Shown piece by piece: positions 13,486-28,031 of a stretch of DNA of 63,286 nt (positions within the stretch are counted from its first letter, which is position 1; each line of letters starts with the position of its first letter). The stretch comes from Vezdaea acicularis (taxonomy: Eukaryota): assembly GCA_026025075.1 (NCBI GenBank), contig JAPEUI010000025.1, positions 124,001 to 187,286 of the forward strand, written 5' to 3'. A program made the position numbers and the translations under genes. Under the pieces are notes generated by a model. That model worked only from the letters and a program-made list of their open reading frames with translations, had not been told where the DNA came from and made no database searches.

Positions 13486-15499
13486 TTACTCGGCTGCATC
13501 TGTGCGCCTTGTAGACCTCCTTGTCGCTTCCGACTTGACGGTGTCCGCGCCGCTTGTAGCAGCATCGGCTGCTGCGTCCTTTGCATCCAGCGCCTTATCC
13601 TGCGCTTTCTTGCTCACCTTCTTGATGTCCTCCGCGGTAGGTGCAGAGCCGCCCATGGTGAAGGCGCCGACGACGGTGGCGATGACCACAACTAGAATCG
13701 CGCCGATGGTAGCAGGGACCTCGGGGATGAACTTGATGGCTTCTATGGGGTTCTTCTGCGCTATCATGATGAAAAGTGTAACACGCTCTGTAACGTATTT
13801 GTATGGGTCGTCCAAGAATTTGATGTCCATGGGTGACTTCGGCGTCTCGGGCTCGATCTTTGGCGCGGACAATTCCTCGTCGGCCTTCTCGACCGGGCTC
13901 TTGACGTCAAAGGTCTCCGTCTGGAGCTTCTTCGCGTCTTCGATGGAGTGGCCGACGTAGATGTTGTCGAAGAGTATGTCGCTTTGCATAGTCCAGATCT
14001 CGAAACCGATCTACAGAGAGATTAGCAAATGTTTGGTGAGCTGAGTGCGCGAATACTCACAGCTCCCATGGGTTCCAAGTTAGCTGGGGTCTTGTCGTTG
14101 AAGTATTCCGGGTTGTTAATCTTGCGCGGCTCCCATACACCCTTGTATGCTGGGTTATCAATGTATGGTGCGGTCCACTTGCCCTTGTATGCCGGGTTCC
14201 TGATAGATGGTCGCTTCCACTCGCCGCAACCAGAGACTTCATCACACTTGGGATTCGGCACAGTAGGTGGGATCCAGTCGCCATCTTCCTCATCATCCCA
14301 GTCCTCAGGCTTCTCGGCCTCTGGGTCAGGGACAACCAATGGCTCATCATCCAGCCAATCAGCGGGCTTCACTTCGTCTAAGTCTGGAATCTCGAATGGC
14401 GCATCTTCGTCCCAATCCTCAGGCTTGGTTGCTTCTGGGTCGGGGATACGAGCCTCGTCAATCCAGTCCTCTGGCTTCTTGTCCTTTGGATCATCGATCT
14501 TCTCCGGTGGATTGACCGAGGGAGAGAAATCATCGTGGAAGGTCCCGTTCTTAACTACATCTCCATCGACTAGGATTTGGAAGGTCTGGTCTGGCTTGAC
14601 AATCAAGGTGTACAGATGAGTCGTCTTCTCAATCCGGGCGGCAGGCGCTGCGGTCATATGCTTCTCCTCATACTCGCCCGTTTTGGGGTTCTTGTGCTTG
14701 AAGATGAAATGGATCTAAAATCGAATTAGGGAAGTCGCTAAATAAAGGCCCAAATTCAAGCGCATACCTTGTTGGTAGCTCCACATTTATCAGGACCAAA
14801 CATGATAACATAGGGAGAAGCATTGGAAAACTCCTCGGCATGAAGCGCCTTGTTGTCCTTAAGCAGCTTAAGATACGCTCCACCACATTCAAGACCCTCT
14901 GCATTCCGGTTAGCATTGTTCTCTCTTCTCGAGATCTGAAAAGATCATTCAAGTACGTACTTTGAAGTTTGACCTCATATTGAACGACTAAGGTCTTGCC
15001 CTTATTATCAATCTTTTTGGGAAACTTGGCAGAGATTGCATGATGGGCTGCCGGATTCTTTACGACTAGCCCCTTATCCCCGATAATACCTGGGTATACC
15101 GTTGGCTCCTCGACAGACCATTCACCAACGTAAGCCCATTCCTCGTCGCCCTTGCTGTCTTTCTTGGCATGAGATGGCTTCCATCGAGATTCCCAGCCCT
15201 CTGTAAATTGCTCAAAGAAAGGGGCCTTCAGGTCGGTTGGCTACTCGAACTGTCAGTCCAAAGTACTTATACCTGACACTTGACTTCTCCTTGCGGTAAA
15301 AGCATTGAGTTGGGAGTGCAGGTTTTGATGGTCTCCTTACCGTGAATGTGGGTCGCTCAACCGCTGTAGAAGTGCTCGACTCCTCAGCTACAGATGAGGA
15401 CGGCTCGACGTCGAGATCATCGATAGGATCAGCAATCGCCGGTGCGAAGAAGATAGCAGCCGAGCAAAGCGCCGAGGCAAGCACAGCGTTTACACGCAT
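13486..15499 (-). CDS. CNE1: Calnexin
   Basis: Signal peptide [33 protein letters not shown]-domain repeats ([28 protein letters not shown]), single TM helix and cytosolic tail. Confidence 0.96.
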
Positions 15500-16327
15500 G
15501 GTGACTTGATATGTCTGAGCGACAGCAGGAGCAGCAGCGAGACTCAAACAAATGAGTGACTGGAAGGAATAGTCAGCACGCCCACTGCACCGCAAGAAAC
15601 TTGGAAAAGTGTTCTTTGGTAGAGATGTGGGGGTGTAAGGCGTGATCCACGTTGGGTGTGCTTTTATGTTGGTGGAGTTTGGATTGAGTGGGGAAAAGGA
15701 CACGGTGGAATTGGAGATGTTCGTTTGGACCCCTGCTGATGCTCCAAAATCGCGGACCGGGGCACAGAAGATTATAGTTGGTTCGGTGGCCTTTCGCTAA
15801 ACCCTCCGCTTTAGGACGACCGTAGCCGCCTCTCCGCGGTTCTTATGGTTCCAGCCAATTCTATGCCCCCAGTAATGTCATAGGGATTCTGTTTGAGATC
15901 TTTGCCCAGCCCAGAGTATGGGACACGGGTCTGACGTTTCTAGATTTCTCTCAATTTGCTGAAGTCTCTTGTCATAATGGGCATAGGTAATGTCCTTCCT
16001 GGTCGGCGCTGAAATGGAGAATGAAACATGGGTTCATTCACCTTGTGACTATCCGCTTTGCATAGGATTCCGCAACTAGATCGTCAATTGCGAAATGTGC
16101 CCACCCTCCAATTCGCTCGCCTCTTCAATGATGCGACCTACGCAAAGCTAGAGAATCTCCATTTCTGTGCATCACACCAGATGCTACGAAGGTTTCATGC
16201 TTGGCTGCCAAGCTACTCTACGTCTGACAGCACAGAGGCATGCCCCGCGTCTATCCTTTGACATCGTTCATATACTCTCCTTCTGTCCTGTAAATAAAAT
16301 CCATAATAGACCTCCAACCCAGTGATA

Positions 16328-17316
16328 ATGCAGTCTTCCAAACGCTCCTTCGCCCGTCTGCGAGGCAAAAGCCATGGTCAGAGTGACGCCGCACCAGACT
16401 CGACGGCCTATGCTGGTGACCATGAATCGAACGATCACCTCATCACCTCCGATGACCCGCTGCACCCCGCGAACCTGATCCCGGAGCTATGCCGCAAGTT
16501 CTACACGCTGGGTTGGGTGACGGGGACGGGTGGGGGGATATCTATACGGCAGGGCGACCACATTTTCATTGCGCCGTCTGGCGTGCAGAAGGAGATGCTG
16601 GTGCCGCAAGACATCTTCGTCTACTGGTACCAGCAGCAAGCATATCTACGTACTCCGCAGCTGCTCCGCCCAAGCGCTTGCACACCACTATTCATGGCTT
16701 GCTTTGATAGGGGGGCAGGGGCGGCTATACATACGCATAGTCAGTGGGCTGTTCTGGTGACGCTGTTACTGGAGACGATTGGGGATCGGGACATGTTTGA
16801 GATCAATGAATTGGAGCAGATTAAGGGTATCCCGAGTAAGATGGGAGAAGCAGCGATGGGATATCATGATACATTGAGAATTCCTGTCATTGAGAATACT
16901 CCTCAGTGAGTTTGGGCCTCTGGAGTAGCCAAGGTTGAAGAAGGCTAACGTCCGCCTTAGTGAGGAAGACCTGACCGCAGGGCTCACGGAGGCCATAGAA
17001 AAACACCCGGAAGCGTGCGCGGTGCTGGTCAGAAGGCATGGAGTGTACGTTTCAACCACTATTTAGCAACAGATTTGCTAATCGGGTTAGATACGTCTGG
17101 GGAGAGGACGTTGCAAAGGCCAAGACCCAAGCCGAGAGGTGCGTTAGCCTTTTTGTTGGACATTCAATGAAGAACCAGCCTGTTGCTGACCGCTTGGGTA
17201 GTCTAGATTATCTGTTCCAACTGGCCGTCGAGATGAGGAAACTGGGTATCCCATGGTTAAAACAAGGAGACGATGGGCAGACCGAAAAGACCAAGAATCT
17301 CCATTATGTCGAGTGA
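16328..17316 (+). CDS. MDE1: Methylthioribulose-1-phosphate dehydratase
   Basis: [71 protein letters not shown]; three short introns. Confidence 0.95.
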
Positions 17317-17572
17317 CTACGATGAGCATAAGGTATAAGGCGTAAGGCGATCAGAGAGGGGCACTAGATGCTTGATAAATCACGTAAATTTAACACGCAG
17401 CACACCTTCGATTAGGATATTATTTCCACCGTAGACGTACAGCTTCACAATACAGCAAGTTAACACCGAAGAAGTCTCTCAGCTCATGCAACCCCAGACT
17501 TTACCCCAAAAAGCTCTCCTTTTGTAGCAAGATCCATTCACTCATAGCAAAGCCCCGCTATTGAATGATTGC

Positions 17573-18410
17573 CTACAAGGCCAAACCGACGGCGAAAAGC
17601 CCAGCAGCACCTGCAAGGGGAGCACCGAAGCGGAATTGACCAGCCGCATTGGTCTTTGATGCTGAAGCGGAGGCGCCAGTTGCCGTACCTGTGCTTGAAC
17701 CTGATTTTGTGCCAGTTGCAGAAGCTGTGACAAGTTAGAACACATTTTATGTGAAGGTATTTCGTGCTTGCTTACCCGAAGCGCCAGTTCCAGAAGGCTT
17801 GCCAGATGTGTTAGTTCCCGTAGCAGTGGCAGAGGCTGCGGTACCGCCTGTACCAGTTGCACTGGCACTGCCACCAAATTGTCAGCATTGGAGCGTCTCT
17901 GTTTGACTGGGCATGTTGAATATGTCGGGCAAGCTTACATGGTAGAGGATGGGGAGTAGAAGTAGGAGCTGATACAACCCTGGACGCAGTCGCTGTACTT
18001 CTGGGTATCGGATGGTGAGCCGCTACCCTGGTCACACTTGGCCGCACACTCAGTGGTCTGATTAGCCATAAGATCCTGTCCGTATGTCAGTCATGTTTCT
18101 CGTTGCTATGAGTTGATGGCCGCATCGTACGTTGGGAGCAGGGACGGTGATGCAAGCAGCCTGGCAGGTAACATCGCCATTGGCACCTGTTTGAGTTCTC
18201 ATTAGCCCTCAGCCTTGTTAAATGGGAACGCAACTGGGTGGCTATACATTTGGCCAGGCATGCTTGCTCAGCGGAGGTAGTTGTAGCGGCCGCAGAGGAA
18301 GAGGTGCCTGTTGCAGAGACAGCGGTGGTTCCTGTTGCACTCTGTGGGATAGCGAGAACTGGAAGGGCGGCCACGAAGGCGGAGAGGATGATGGTTGCAC
18401 TGAACTTCAT
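17573..18410 (-). CDS. GPI-anchored Ser/Thr-rich cell-wall protein with small Cys-rich domain
   Basis: Signal peptide MKFSATIILSAFVAALPVLA, CLAKC..CQAACITVPAP.., S/T/G/A-rich stalk, hydrophobic C-terminus AAGLFAVGLAL-stop; several introns. Confidence 0.8.
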
Positions 18411-19106
18411 GTTGACGTGATTGGAATATTGAATAGAGTGTTTCTTGCTCGAAGGATTGTGTGGAAGTAGGTAAACCGTTTACTATGATTACAATGAAGT
18501 AGGATAATGTCTGTGAGCCGTTCGAACTGAAGCGAGTGTGTTCCTTGCGATAAGGAGTTGGGAAGAATTCGATGGAGTAGACCTGAGGGATAACAAGGGA
18601 GAAGGCAAAGAGAAAAGGTGGATCTGTTCTATAAAAGGGTAAGGAGTGTGATGACCCTTGGCTCGTCTCTCGCTCGGGCCAACGAGCGCTACCGCACCCC
18701 AGCAGCGACGCTAACCGGGATTAGGGACTAGGGGGCGACCACCTTAATCTCTCTCGCGCATCCCGGGGAAATCTTGGCACAAAACTCGTGCGCTTGTTCG
18801 GCGAATGGCAATGGAACAGTCTTGAGTTGGAGCAAGGGAAGCTCCGATTCTCACTACATAGCTCCCCTTGGTCTATCTGCCGTGTTGCACAGCCAGGCGT
18901 GGGCGTTGATGCATTTATCCCTGAGGGAGATTTCCGGCCAGGATAATTATTCCGCAGCTCTCCCATTCCCTCATTGGCCGAGTTTCGTGTTTACCGAGTT
19001 GCGCGTCTCGCCTTTGCGGCACGTCTTCCCAACCGCACGCGATTTTACCCGAATCGGTCAAGCACATGTGATCTGAGGCTCTGTCAAGAAGTGACGCTTC
19101 GAGCGG

Positions 19107-22100
19107 ATGAGTTTGATGGCCAACACTGAAGATGATGATTTAGATGAGTTTGGAGGTTTGGATGACGAGGAGATTCTAGCTGCGACTCAGACCCCAGAGG
19201 ATCCACGGCCACTGGCTAAGCGGCGCCGACTCGAGGGCCCTCAACCTAATGGAGGCAGGAGCAGACCCCAAACAGCTGGATACGAGGACTATGGTATACA
19301 TGACGACGATGACGGAGATTTTGATCCACCGCTTCATCCAATTGCCAGACCTATGCTCAATTCAAGGGCGAACGCCACCTTGGGCAGCCGTACCACCGCA
19401 CAAGACACCGGTAGGCTGAAAACAAAGTCGATAAGGAACGACTATGCCCCAAAGCGCGCACGGCAACCGTCTATCATTTATAAAAATAGTGCTTATGGAA
19501 TTCAAGCATGGAGAATGCAAAGACCTGGAGAAGGCTCAGGTACCAACAGCACTGGTGTCAAAAACCGAGCAGAAGTCGCACAGCGCTCGTCCAATGCGAT
19601 GTCGCAACCAAAAGCTTCTGCTGGAGGGCGAGGGGAGGAGAGCATAGAGGAAGAAGAGGATGAAGCGGCGTTTGACCCGCCTCTGTTTGAAAGAAAAGCA
19701 GAAGATGATGCCAACCAGTACACGAACGTTGAAAGGGGCGAAGATGGTAGCGTACAACCGGATACCCATAGACGAGCTGTTCAAACTCTCCCAGACCAAT
19801 ACGACATCCCACAAGAGCTTGCAGATATTCCATCTGATGTCATGGAATCCTCTTCTCTAGTGCAGGACGGCCCAATCTTCATCTCGTCCCAAATATCTGA
19901 TATGCCCTCTCGTCAAAGGCTTGTAGCTCCTCAAAATGGGTTACGGCAGACAACGCTGTTTGGAGGCGTTTCTCAAGGCTCCACTGCTTCTCAAGCCGAA
20001 AAGCGGGTCAACTTTCAAAAGCCAGTCAAAGATGAGCCCCCAACTCATCATAAATTGGATCAAGAGGCTCTGAAGACATGGGTCTACCCTACAAATCTTG
20101 GTAAGACACGAGACTACCAATTCAATATTGTCCAAAAAGGGCTGTATCACAATCTCTTGGTCGCTTTGCCCACTGGTCTGGGTAAGACTTTCATTGCTGC
20201 TACGATTATGTTGAATTGGTTTCGTTGGACGACAGAGGCCCAGATCGTCTTCGTTGCTCCTACCAAGCCATTGGTAGCACAGCAAATCGATGCTTGCTTT
20301 GGTATCGCGGGAATACCGAAATCTGTAACAACTATGATGACGGGCAACGTGGCGCCTGGACTAAGAGCAGAGGAATGGAAGACCAAGCGGGTCTTCTTTA
20401 TGACACCCCAAACATTCATCAACGATCTGAAGAATGGCTGTGCAGATCCGAAGAACATATGCTGTGTTGTGGTTGACGAGGCTCACCGTGCCACTGGCAA
20501 TTATGCTTACGTAGAGGTTGTCAAGTTCATTCGGAGATTTAACCCCAGCTTTAGAGTCCTCGCACTCACAGCTACACCTGGCGCATCGGTAGAACAGGTA
20601 CAAGCCGTTATCGATGGGCTCGACATATCTAGAGTCGAAATTCGCACCGAGGATTCCATAGATATCCGTCAATATGTTCACCGGCGCAATATTGAGATCG
20701 AGGTTTTCGATCCGTCTGAAGAAATCAAGGAAATGCAGGACCTCTATTCTGGCGCTGTGAAGCCTGTGCTCTCCATCCTCAACCAACACAATGCATACTG
20801 GTCGAAAGATCCACTTGCGTTGACTCCTTTCGGCCTCACTCAAGCTCGACAATCGTGGATGGGTTCTCAAGCTGGCCAAAGTGCCTCCATGGGCGTCAAG
20901 TCAATGATGCACGCTATCTTTACCACCCTCTCCTCCCTCGCACATGCGACTGTCCTACTCAACTTCCACGGCATCGGCCCCTTTTACCAAAACCTAGCCG
21001 CCTTTCGCCGCGACGTCCAAGGTGGAGATAAAGGCGGCAAATATAGGAAACAGATCAATGACTCTGCCCCATTCAGAACCCTCATGAGCCGCGCCCAAGC
21101 CTGGATCAATGATGAAACTTTCCTTGGCCACCCCAAGCTCGAGTACCTCCAGCGGGTCGTGCTAAACCATTTCCTGGATGCCGGGGAAGGTCGTGGCGCT
21201 GCAAACGGTCAACCACCCTCCGAGACGCGAATCATGGTCTTCGTTCACTACCGTGACAGCGCCGAGGAAGTCGCCCGTGTTCTCTCTAGGAATAGCCCCA
21301 TGATCCGCCCACACGTCTTCGTGGGGCAAGCGGCGAGTAAGGGTTCCGAAGGCATGGACCAGAAGAAGCAACTAGCCGTGATCGATAAGTTCCAGCGCGG
21401 TGTCTACAACACGCTCGTCGCAACATCCATTGGCGAGGAGGGCCTAGATATTGGTGAAGTTGACCTGATAGTATGCTACGATGCGTCAGCGTCCCCAATT
21501 CGCATGCTGCAGCGCATGGGCCGAACAGGTCGAAAGAGACAAGGCAATATCGTGCTACTGCTCATGCGTGGCAAGGAAGAGGACAGCTTCACAAAGGCGA
21601 AGGACAACTACGAAAAGATGCAGCACATGATCACGGAAGGCAGCCGTTTCGTCTTCCATCACGACCTTTCCTCTCGCATCGTACCCAGAGGAACAAATCC
21701 GGTGGTTGACAAGCGCATCATTGAGATCCCGCTCGAGAACACGCAGCCAGAACTCCCCATCCCGAAGAAGGGGAGGGGCAGAGTCCCAAAGCGACCCCCG
21801 AAGAAGTTCCATATGCCCGATGGCGTCAAAACGGGATTCACAAAAGCCTCGAGGCTACCGGGTGGCATACGCGTAGATCATGACGCCTCCGATGGTGAAG
21901 AAGAGGAAGAAGAAGATGATACGAACCGCTCACCATCAGACATCCCGGAGCATGAGAAAGCTATTCTGCCCCCACTAGAAGACGTCCTTCTCTCTGCCCT
22001 TGAAGAAGCTGAGCTCCAACGCATGTACCAAAACGTTGGCGGACATGAAACACAGGTTGTGCCTAATGTGCGTATGGACGCTTTCCCCACCTACCAGCGA

Positions 22101-22880
22101 ACCTTGGGACGGACGAACGAAGTAGGACATGGTCGCGTGACGAAGAGAGTAGTGAGGATGCTCCATTCTATGCATGCCGTGAACTTTACGGTACTGCAGA
22201 AACTGGAGGATAACCTGCATGAGGACGACAAAACTGCCGCCGAGAACCCCGTTGCAGCTGTGGATGAGGACGACAGTAGTGACGAGTCTCCCCGCCCCTC
22301 GCAGCGTGGCGCGCGCGTGCGCCCTCTCCCCGCGAAGAAAACAGTGGCAAAGGAGACGCCGGCGAAGAGGAAACCAGTGGAGTTTCGCCGGACATATAAA
22401 CCGGCTACGCCCGTCCCCACCTCTCCTTCACAGGGCGAGGAAAGCGCGCCACAGGAGTGGGAGTTGACGGCGCGAGACCTGTACAATGAGTATGACGATG
22501 ACATGGATGGATTCGTCGTGTCCGATGGGGAGCTGGGTGTTCCTACGGGACGAGCGGCTAGGGCAAAGGCTGGGAAGAAAAGGGTTAGGGAGAGTGTGAA
22601 GATGAAGCGGAGGTTGGTGAAGGGGAAGAGGAAGGTGGCCGGGGTTACGGATGAGGAGATGCTGTCTGGAGATGAGGTTGTGGATAGTGATGAGGAGTTG
22701 CCAGATGTAGGCGAGTTGGTACAGGGGAGTGCGAGGATGGAGAGGCGCGGGGATGGGAAGACTGGAAGAGAGGAAAAGGGTGAGAGTGAGGGAATGGATG
22801 AGCCCCCTACGCCTAGTCAACGGGGGCGTAGGAGGGTAGTGGTCAGTGAGACTGATGATGACGATGACGATGAGTTATGA
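19107..22880 (+). CDS. MPH1: FANCM/Mph1 DEAH-box DNA helicase
   Basis: 1257-aa [63 protein letters not shown]. Confidence 0.96.
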   Translation: MSLMANTEDDDLDEFGGLDDEEILAATQTPEDPRPLAKRRRLEGPQPNGGRSRPQTAGYEDYGIHDDDDGDFDPPLHPIARPMLNSRANATLGSRTTAQDTGRLKTKSIRNDYAPKRARQPSIIYKNSAYGIQAWRMQRPGEGSGTNSTGVKNRAEVAQRSSNAMSQPKASAGGRGEESIEEEEDEAAFDPPLFERKAEDDANQYTNVERGEDGSVQPDTHRRAVQTLPDQYDIPQELADIPSDVMESSSLVQDGPIFISSQISDMPSRQRLVAPQNGLRQTTLFGGVSQGSTASQAEKRVNFQKPVKDEPPTHHKLDQEALKTWVYPTNLGKTRDYQFNIVQKGLYHNLLVALPTGLGKTFIAATIMLNWFRWTTEAQIVFVAPTKPLVAQQIDACFGIAGIPKSVTTMMTGNVAPGLRAEEWKTKRVFFMTPQTFINDLKNGCADPKNICCVVVDEAHRATGNYAYVEVVKFIRRFNPSFRVLALTATPGASVEQVQAVIDGLDISRVEIRTEDSIDIRQYVHRRNIEIEVFDPSEEIKEMQDLYSGAVKPVLSILNQHNAYWSKDPLALTPFGLTQARQSWMGSQAGQSASMGVKSMMHAIFTTLSSLAHATVLLNFHGIGPFYQNLAAFRRDVQGGDKGGKYRKQINDSAPFRTLMSRAQAWINDETFLGHPKLEYLQRVVLNHFLDAGEGRGAANGQPPSETRIMVFVHYRDSAEEVARVLSRNSPMIRPHVFVGQAASKGSEGMDQKKQLAVIDKFQRGVYNTLVATSIGEEGLDIGEVDLIVCYDASASPIRMLQRMGRTGRKRQGNIVLLLMRGKEEDSFTKAKDNYEKMQHMITEGSRFVFHHDLSSRIVPRGTNPVVDKRIIEIPLENTQPELPIPKKGRGRVPKRPPKKFHMPDGVKTGFTKASRLPGGIRVDHDASDGEEEEEEDDTNRSPSDIPEHEKAILPPLEDVLLSALEEAELQRMYQNVGGHETQVVPNVRMDAFPTYQRTLGRTNEVGHGRVTKRVVRMLHSMHAVNFTVLQKLEDNLHEDDKTAAENPVAAVDEDDSSDESPRPSQRGARVRPLPAKKTVAKETPAKRKPVEFRRTYKPATPVPTSPSQGEESAPQEWELTARDLYNEYDDDMDGFVVSDGELGVPTGRAARAKAGKKRVRESVKMKRRLVKGKRKVAGVTDEEMLSGDEVVDSDEELPDVGELVQGSARMERRGDGKTGREEKGESEGMDEPPTPSQRGRRRVVVSETDDDDDDEL

Positions 22881-23072
22881 GCCGTCTCTTCTTTCTTGAA
22901 GGGAGCTTTTGAGGACGTTTGGTAAGGCATAGCGCGGCGTTCTGCAGGGGCTTGACACCTATCTATCTTTTTTAGGACCACGCACAAAGAAAAATTGTAT
23001 TGAAACAGAGTCACTCTCTTCTAGAAGCTAAGAGAGATTTGTACAAAGCTGTCACGCATAAATCGCACGAGC

Positions 23073-24167
23073 CTAACCCTCCTCGCTGGCTGCGGCTCCG
23101 GTGATGATCTCTACCAACTCGCCCGTAATGACGGCTTGGCGCGTGCGGTTGAAGAGGATTTGGAATTTGTTGATCATGTCGCCGGCATTCTTTGAGGCAT
23201 TCTGTGGGACATATTAATGGAGATTGTGGAAAGGAAATGGGAGGATTGTAACGTACGTCCATGGCGTTACGACGGGCTGACTGCTCGCAAGCATGGCCTT
23301 CCGCCAGCGCCCAGAACAGCGAGTTTGCAAGTGCATATTCTCGAAGATTTGAGAGGACCTCGTCGTCAATCTCAAACGCCGCGAAATTAGGTGAGTTTTT
23401 GATAGCTTCTTCCGAGAAAGCTTCGAGCGGGGTTGGTTCGTAGCTCGTAGCGTTGATAAACCGGTTATAGATGATCTGGATATCCGTGTACTCTGTCGGC
23501 AATAGGCAGATCTGATCCGCAATTGCTTGTGCGTCCGAGAAAGTCGGCACGTCCTTCCCGACGTTGCCAAAGCTCAACCTGATTTGTTTCGCGTGCGACC
23601 TGCCTAGCTGCGCTTTACACTTCTCTCCTAGAATGACGAGATCCGCGTCCGGTACGTCGATCATCATTTTACGCACGTATCGTGTAAGACCCGAATGAAT
23701 ACCTCCGCAAAGGCCTTTATCGGAGCTAGCTACCACGATCAGTGATTTTCGCCCTTCACCTTCGGGGTGTTTTGTTTCGGCTTCCTGGAAGACAGTGTTG
23801 GAGGTTTGGCCATAGCTTCGAGATTCGGTCATAGCTCGTTGAGCGCGGTTCAGCTTCGTTGATGCTACGATTTTCATCGTTTTAGTGATCTTTTCGATAT
23901 TGCGGATGGACTTGAGGCGGTCCTCGATTTCTCGGAGTGTAGCATAATTAGCTGCGTTAGGAACGACAGGCCTATAGACCATTGGAGTTAACTTTCCCCT
24001 CTTGACTGCGCATCCTGTTTGGCAGGATAAGGGGTGTTAAAGCAGGACGGAGGCAGTGCAGTGAGATGTTACTGTCTCGGAAGATTGAGTTGCATTGAGT
24101 AGCATACTGACCTGATGGTAACAGCAAGCCCATTGTTCAACACCGGCCTTGCAGCCCTCGAAAGCAT
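23073..24167 (-). CDS. ATP3: Mitochondrial F1 ATP synthase gamma subunit
   Basis: Presequence MLSRAARP.., [74 protein letters not shown]. Confidence 0.96.
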
Positions 24168-24710
24168 CTTGAGGGAATGACGAACAAGTGCGAAAGGTGT
24201 CCGTCGCGTTCAGAAGTGTTTGACTAGTGGCTGGGACTCAATCAATGGATGGCCCAGTTCGTCATTTGAGGTGAAGGATTCAAGCGTGGTCGGGAAAGCT
24301 GGGAGTTCTCACTTGAGACGTTACGCCAGAGTTGAAGCTCGGTTGTGGTACCAATCAGGGGCCAACAACGCGCCAGGCACGGCTTCCCTCATAAAGTGCT
24401 CGAAATCGCCCAGATTTCCTATGTCAGACCGTTGCCAACAACCTCTCGCGTGGCGCACTCTTTACCCGCCATTCTAACTCTCTTAACTGTTATTGATGTG
24501 CCTGCGCGCTCCTTAACGATTCCTTTCCATTCTTGTCTCTTTAGACTTCTTTCTCCACTTAATTCGGCCTCTATTTTTGCTCCTAGGAGTATAATTGCTA
24601 CTTCCTCGAATCTTCGACTCCTTCGCTTCTTTAGAAAGGACTCGCACTCATCAAGTTCACACAGCCTTCCCCGATATCACAGAGACCTTATCTGCGTTCC
24701 TCACGGCATC

Positions 24711-27700
24711 ATGAGTTCCTCGGATGATGATGTGCCTCTTTCGAGAGGTCATAAGTCAAATGGCAATATGGGTGAGTACGGCACTTCTATAGTTCATCTG
24801 ATCACGTTGGTGTGATGTGTCTTGGAGATGCCACCGCAGAGTGACAAACACTCGAGCTGAGTATCAATCTCATTTTGAAATGAATTATTGCTGAAGCAGA
24901 CACCATCTTTCTATCACGGAGCCATGTCTCACTTACAAGATGTTTACGCTATCGTTTGATCTGAGGCGTGACTGACTTGGACCTCACTTCAGGTACTGCA
25001 TTTCCTTCCAAAGAGATAATATCTGAGAGCCTTGACAACCAAATGGACATCGAGCAGCCCTCAGGACACACTTCGAGAACTGGTGTAGCTATAAGAAATG
25101 GTCCTGTTTCGGTTATGGAAGTGGATGAACCAGAAGCACAAGTCAATGGCGTCAGTAACGGAAAGCGAAAGGCAAGGCGAAGCTCAGGCCCTGCAAGAAA
25201 CTACGCTGAGCTCGCTAGTAGTGAGGAAGACGAAGAGCCGTTGGTAAGTTCGCTCTTTGTGGATTTAGGCTTACTTAATGGAGCCAATCCAATAGGCTCT
25301 AAAAAGTGTCATATCTCACCAGAGCTAACACACTTTTGCTACAGTCTAAAAAGCGTCGAACCGCGAATGGCAATGCAGCAAAGCGAAGATCTAAAGTGGT
25401 CGAGGATGATTCCGACGACGAGCCTCTATCCTCGAAGAAGACGGGTTCAACTAGGAAAATCGTGAAAAAGCCACAGAAGATCACTCCGGAAGAAGTTGGT
25501 GAGGAAGATGATGATGTCCCGATTGCAGACAAGCTTGCGAAGACGAAAGCCGCTATTCAAAGATCTGCGGCCAAGGAGGCGCCGAAACTTCGAAAGGCCG
25601 AAAAGAATGGCGCGGCATCGGCTGGGAATGGCTCAAGGCGAATCAAAAAAGAAGAGTCTGATGAAGAGACACTTGTGAAACCGAGAAGAAAGTCAAATGG
25701 TGTATCTGCTGCAGCCGGCAAGAAGAAGGCAAACGGAATCAGAAAAGAAGAGTCAGACGACGACAGCGATGCGCCTTTGTCTGGTAAGAAAACAAAGAAG
25801 AAGGCCAACGGCACCACCAAAACGAAGCCTGAGAAGAAGGCCAAGGCCAGTGGGAAGGTCAAGAAAGAAGAGTCCCCGGACGATGCGGACATAAATGAGG
25901 AAGAAGATAGCTACCGATGGTGGGAAGATCCAGCTATTGTTGATGGCACAGTCAAGGAGAAGTGGGATACACTGGAGCATAACGGTGTTGTCTTTCCACC
26001 TGAGTACGAGCCACTGCCGAAAAATGTCAAGATGCTGTATGACGGCAATCCGGTGACGTTGGCACCAGAGGCAGAGGAAGTTGCCGGGTTTTTCGGCGCC
26101 ATGCTCAACTCCACGCACAATGTTGAGAACCCACGCTTCATCAAGAACTTCTTCCATGATTTTCAGAAGGTCATTGCTGAGACCAAAGAGCCCCCTAAAG
26201 ACCACAACGGGAAAATAGTCAAAATCGAGACCTTCGAGAAATGCGATTTCAGGCCTATCTTCAACTACTACGACGCCAAACGTGAGGAAAAGAAGGCTCT
26301 TCCCTCAGCCGAGAAGAAAGCTCTCAAGGCGGAGAAAGATGCTGCAGAGGCACCATATATGTACTGTACATGGAATGGTCGGCAGGAGAAAGTCGGAAAT
26401 TTCCGCGTTGAACCTCCAGGCCTATTCCGAGGTCGTGGCGACCACCCCAAGACCGGACATCTCAAGAAGAGAGTCTACCCCGAACAGATAACCATCAATA
26501 TCGGCAAGGAGGCTACAACTCCTACCCCGCCTAAGGGTCACAAATGGAAGGAGATCAAGCACGACCAAAGTGCTACATGGCTAGCGATGTGGCAAGAAAA
26601 CATTAACGGTGCCTACAAATATGTCATGCTTGCAGCTAACAGCACCATCAAAGGACTGAGCGACTATAAGAAGTTTCAGAAAGCGCGAGAACTCAAGGTT
26701 AGTCGTACCATCCGTCATTGTTGCGAGAAAGCTACTAAGACAGTCACAGAAATATATTGATTTCATCCGCGACGATTACAAAAAGAACCTCAGAGCCGAG
26801 AAGATGGCTGATCGGCAGCTAGCTACCGCAGTGTACCTCATCGATCAGTTTGCGCTTCGAGCGGGCAACGAGAAAGGAGACGATGAGGCAGACACGGTCG
26901 GCTGCTGTTCTCTGAAATTCGAGCATGTCACCCTAAAGCCACCAAACAAAGTTGTCTTTGATTTCCTCGGAAAAGACAGTATCCGCTTCTTTGACGAAGT
27001 TGAGGTTATCGATCAGGTCTTTAAGAATCTGAAGATATTCAAGAAGAGTCCCAAAGGACCAGGCGATGACATCTTCGACCGTGTGACTACGACCCAGCTC
27101 AACAAGCATCTAGGCGAATATATGCCTGGCCTGAGCGCAAAAGTGTTTCGTACTTACAATGCCTCGGTCACAATGGCTGATCTTCTCAATAAGATGAAAC
27201 CAAAGGGCACCATTCACGAGAAGGTCAAGGAATACAACGACGCCAACAGAACAGTTGCCATTCTCTGCAATCACAAGCGTACGGTCACGGAAAGTCATGC
27301 CGGACAGATGGAGAAAATGGAAGACAAGGTATGTCCCGTTGGTGCGTGTTTTGCGCTGATTGCATCAGCTGATCCATGGTGTTCTGCACCCACAGATCAA
27401 AGGCCTTCAGTATCAAAAGTGGCGGTTGAAGCAAATGATTCTCGACGTCGAACCCAAGCAGAAGAAGAAAAAGGGTGCAGACTGGTTTGAACTCGACGAA
27501 GGTCTCGACGAAGAGTGGATACTGGAACACCAAAAGGCTCTCGCCGATGAGCTTCGTACCAAGATCGAGAAGAAGTTCAAAAGGGAGAACGAAAATCTCG
27601 AAGCGGGCGGGAAGAAGCCACTGAAGGACAAGGATCTCAAAGACCGACTTGAGGCTGTCAAGGTGCTCGAGAGCAAGTACAAGAAGGAAAACAAGTCGAA

Positions 27701-28031
27701 GAAGGTTGAAGCAGAACCCCAGAATACGACAGTCGAGAAATTAGAGGCGAACGTGCAGAAAATGGATGAAAGGGTGGAGGTGATGCGGCTCCAAGCGCTG
27801 GACAAGGATGCCAACAAGGAGATTGCGTTGGGCACGAGTAAAATTGTAAGTTTTGCCCGGGGTCATCCGTCGGAAGCTTTACTTATTTTCTTCTAGAACT
27901 ACATCGACCCACGCCTCACCGTCGTCTTCTCCAAGAGGTTCGGTGTGCCGATCGAGAAGTTCTTCTCCAAGACTCTTCGAGAGAAATTCAATTGGGCCAT
28001 CCAGTCAGCCGAGGAGGACTGGGTGTTTTAA
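24711..28031 (+). CDS. TOP1: DNA topoisomerase I (type IB)
   Basis: [61 protein letters not shown] (catalytic Tyr); five introns. Confidence 0.97.

Noticed and set aside
14029..14619. Long antisense ORFs over calnexin, and similar ones over ZIP, DUF726, MPH1, TOP1 and MMSDH
   Set aside because: Mirror frames of conserved genes; no independent coding evidence
24772..24992. Intronic snoRNA in the long first intron of TOP1
   Set aside because: No canonical RTGATGA C box paired with a terminal stem, and no H/ACA layout
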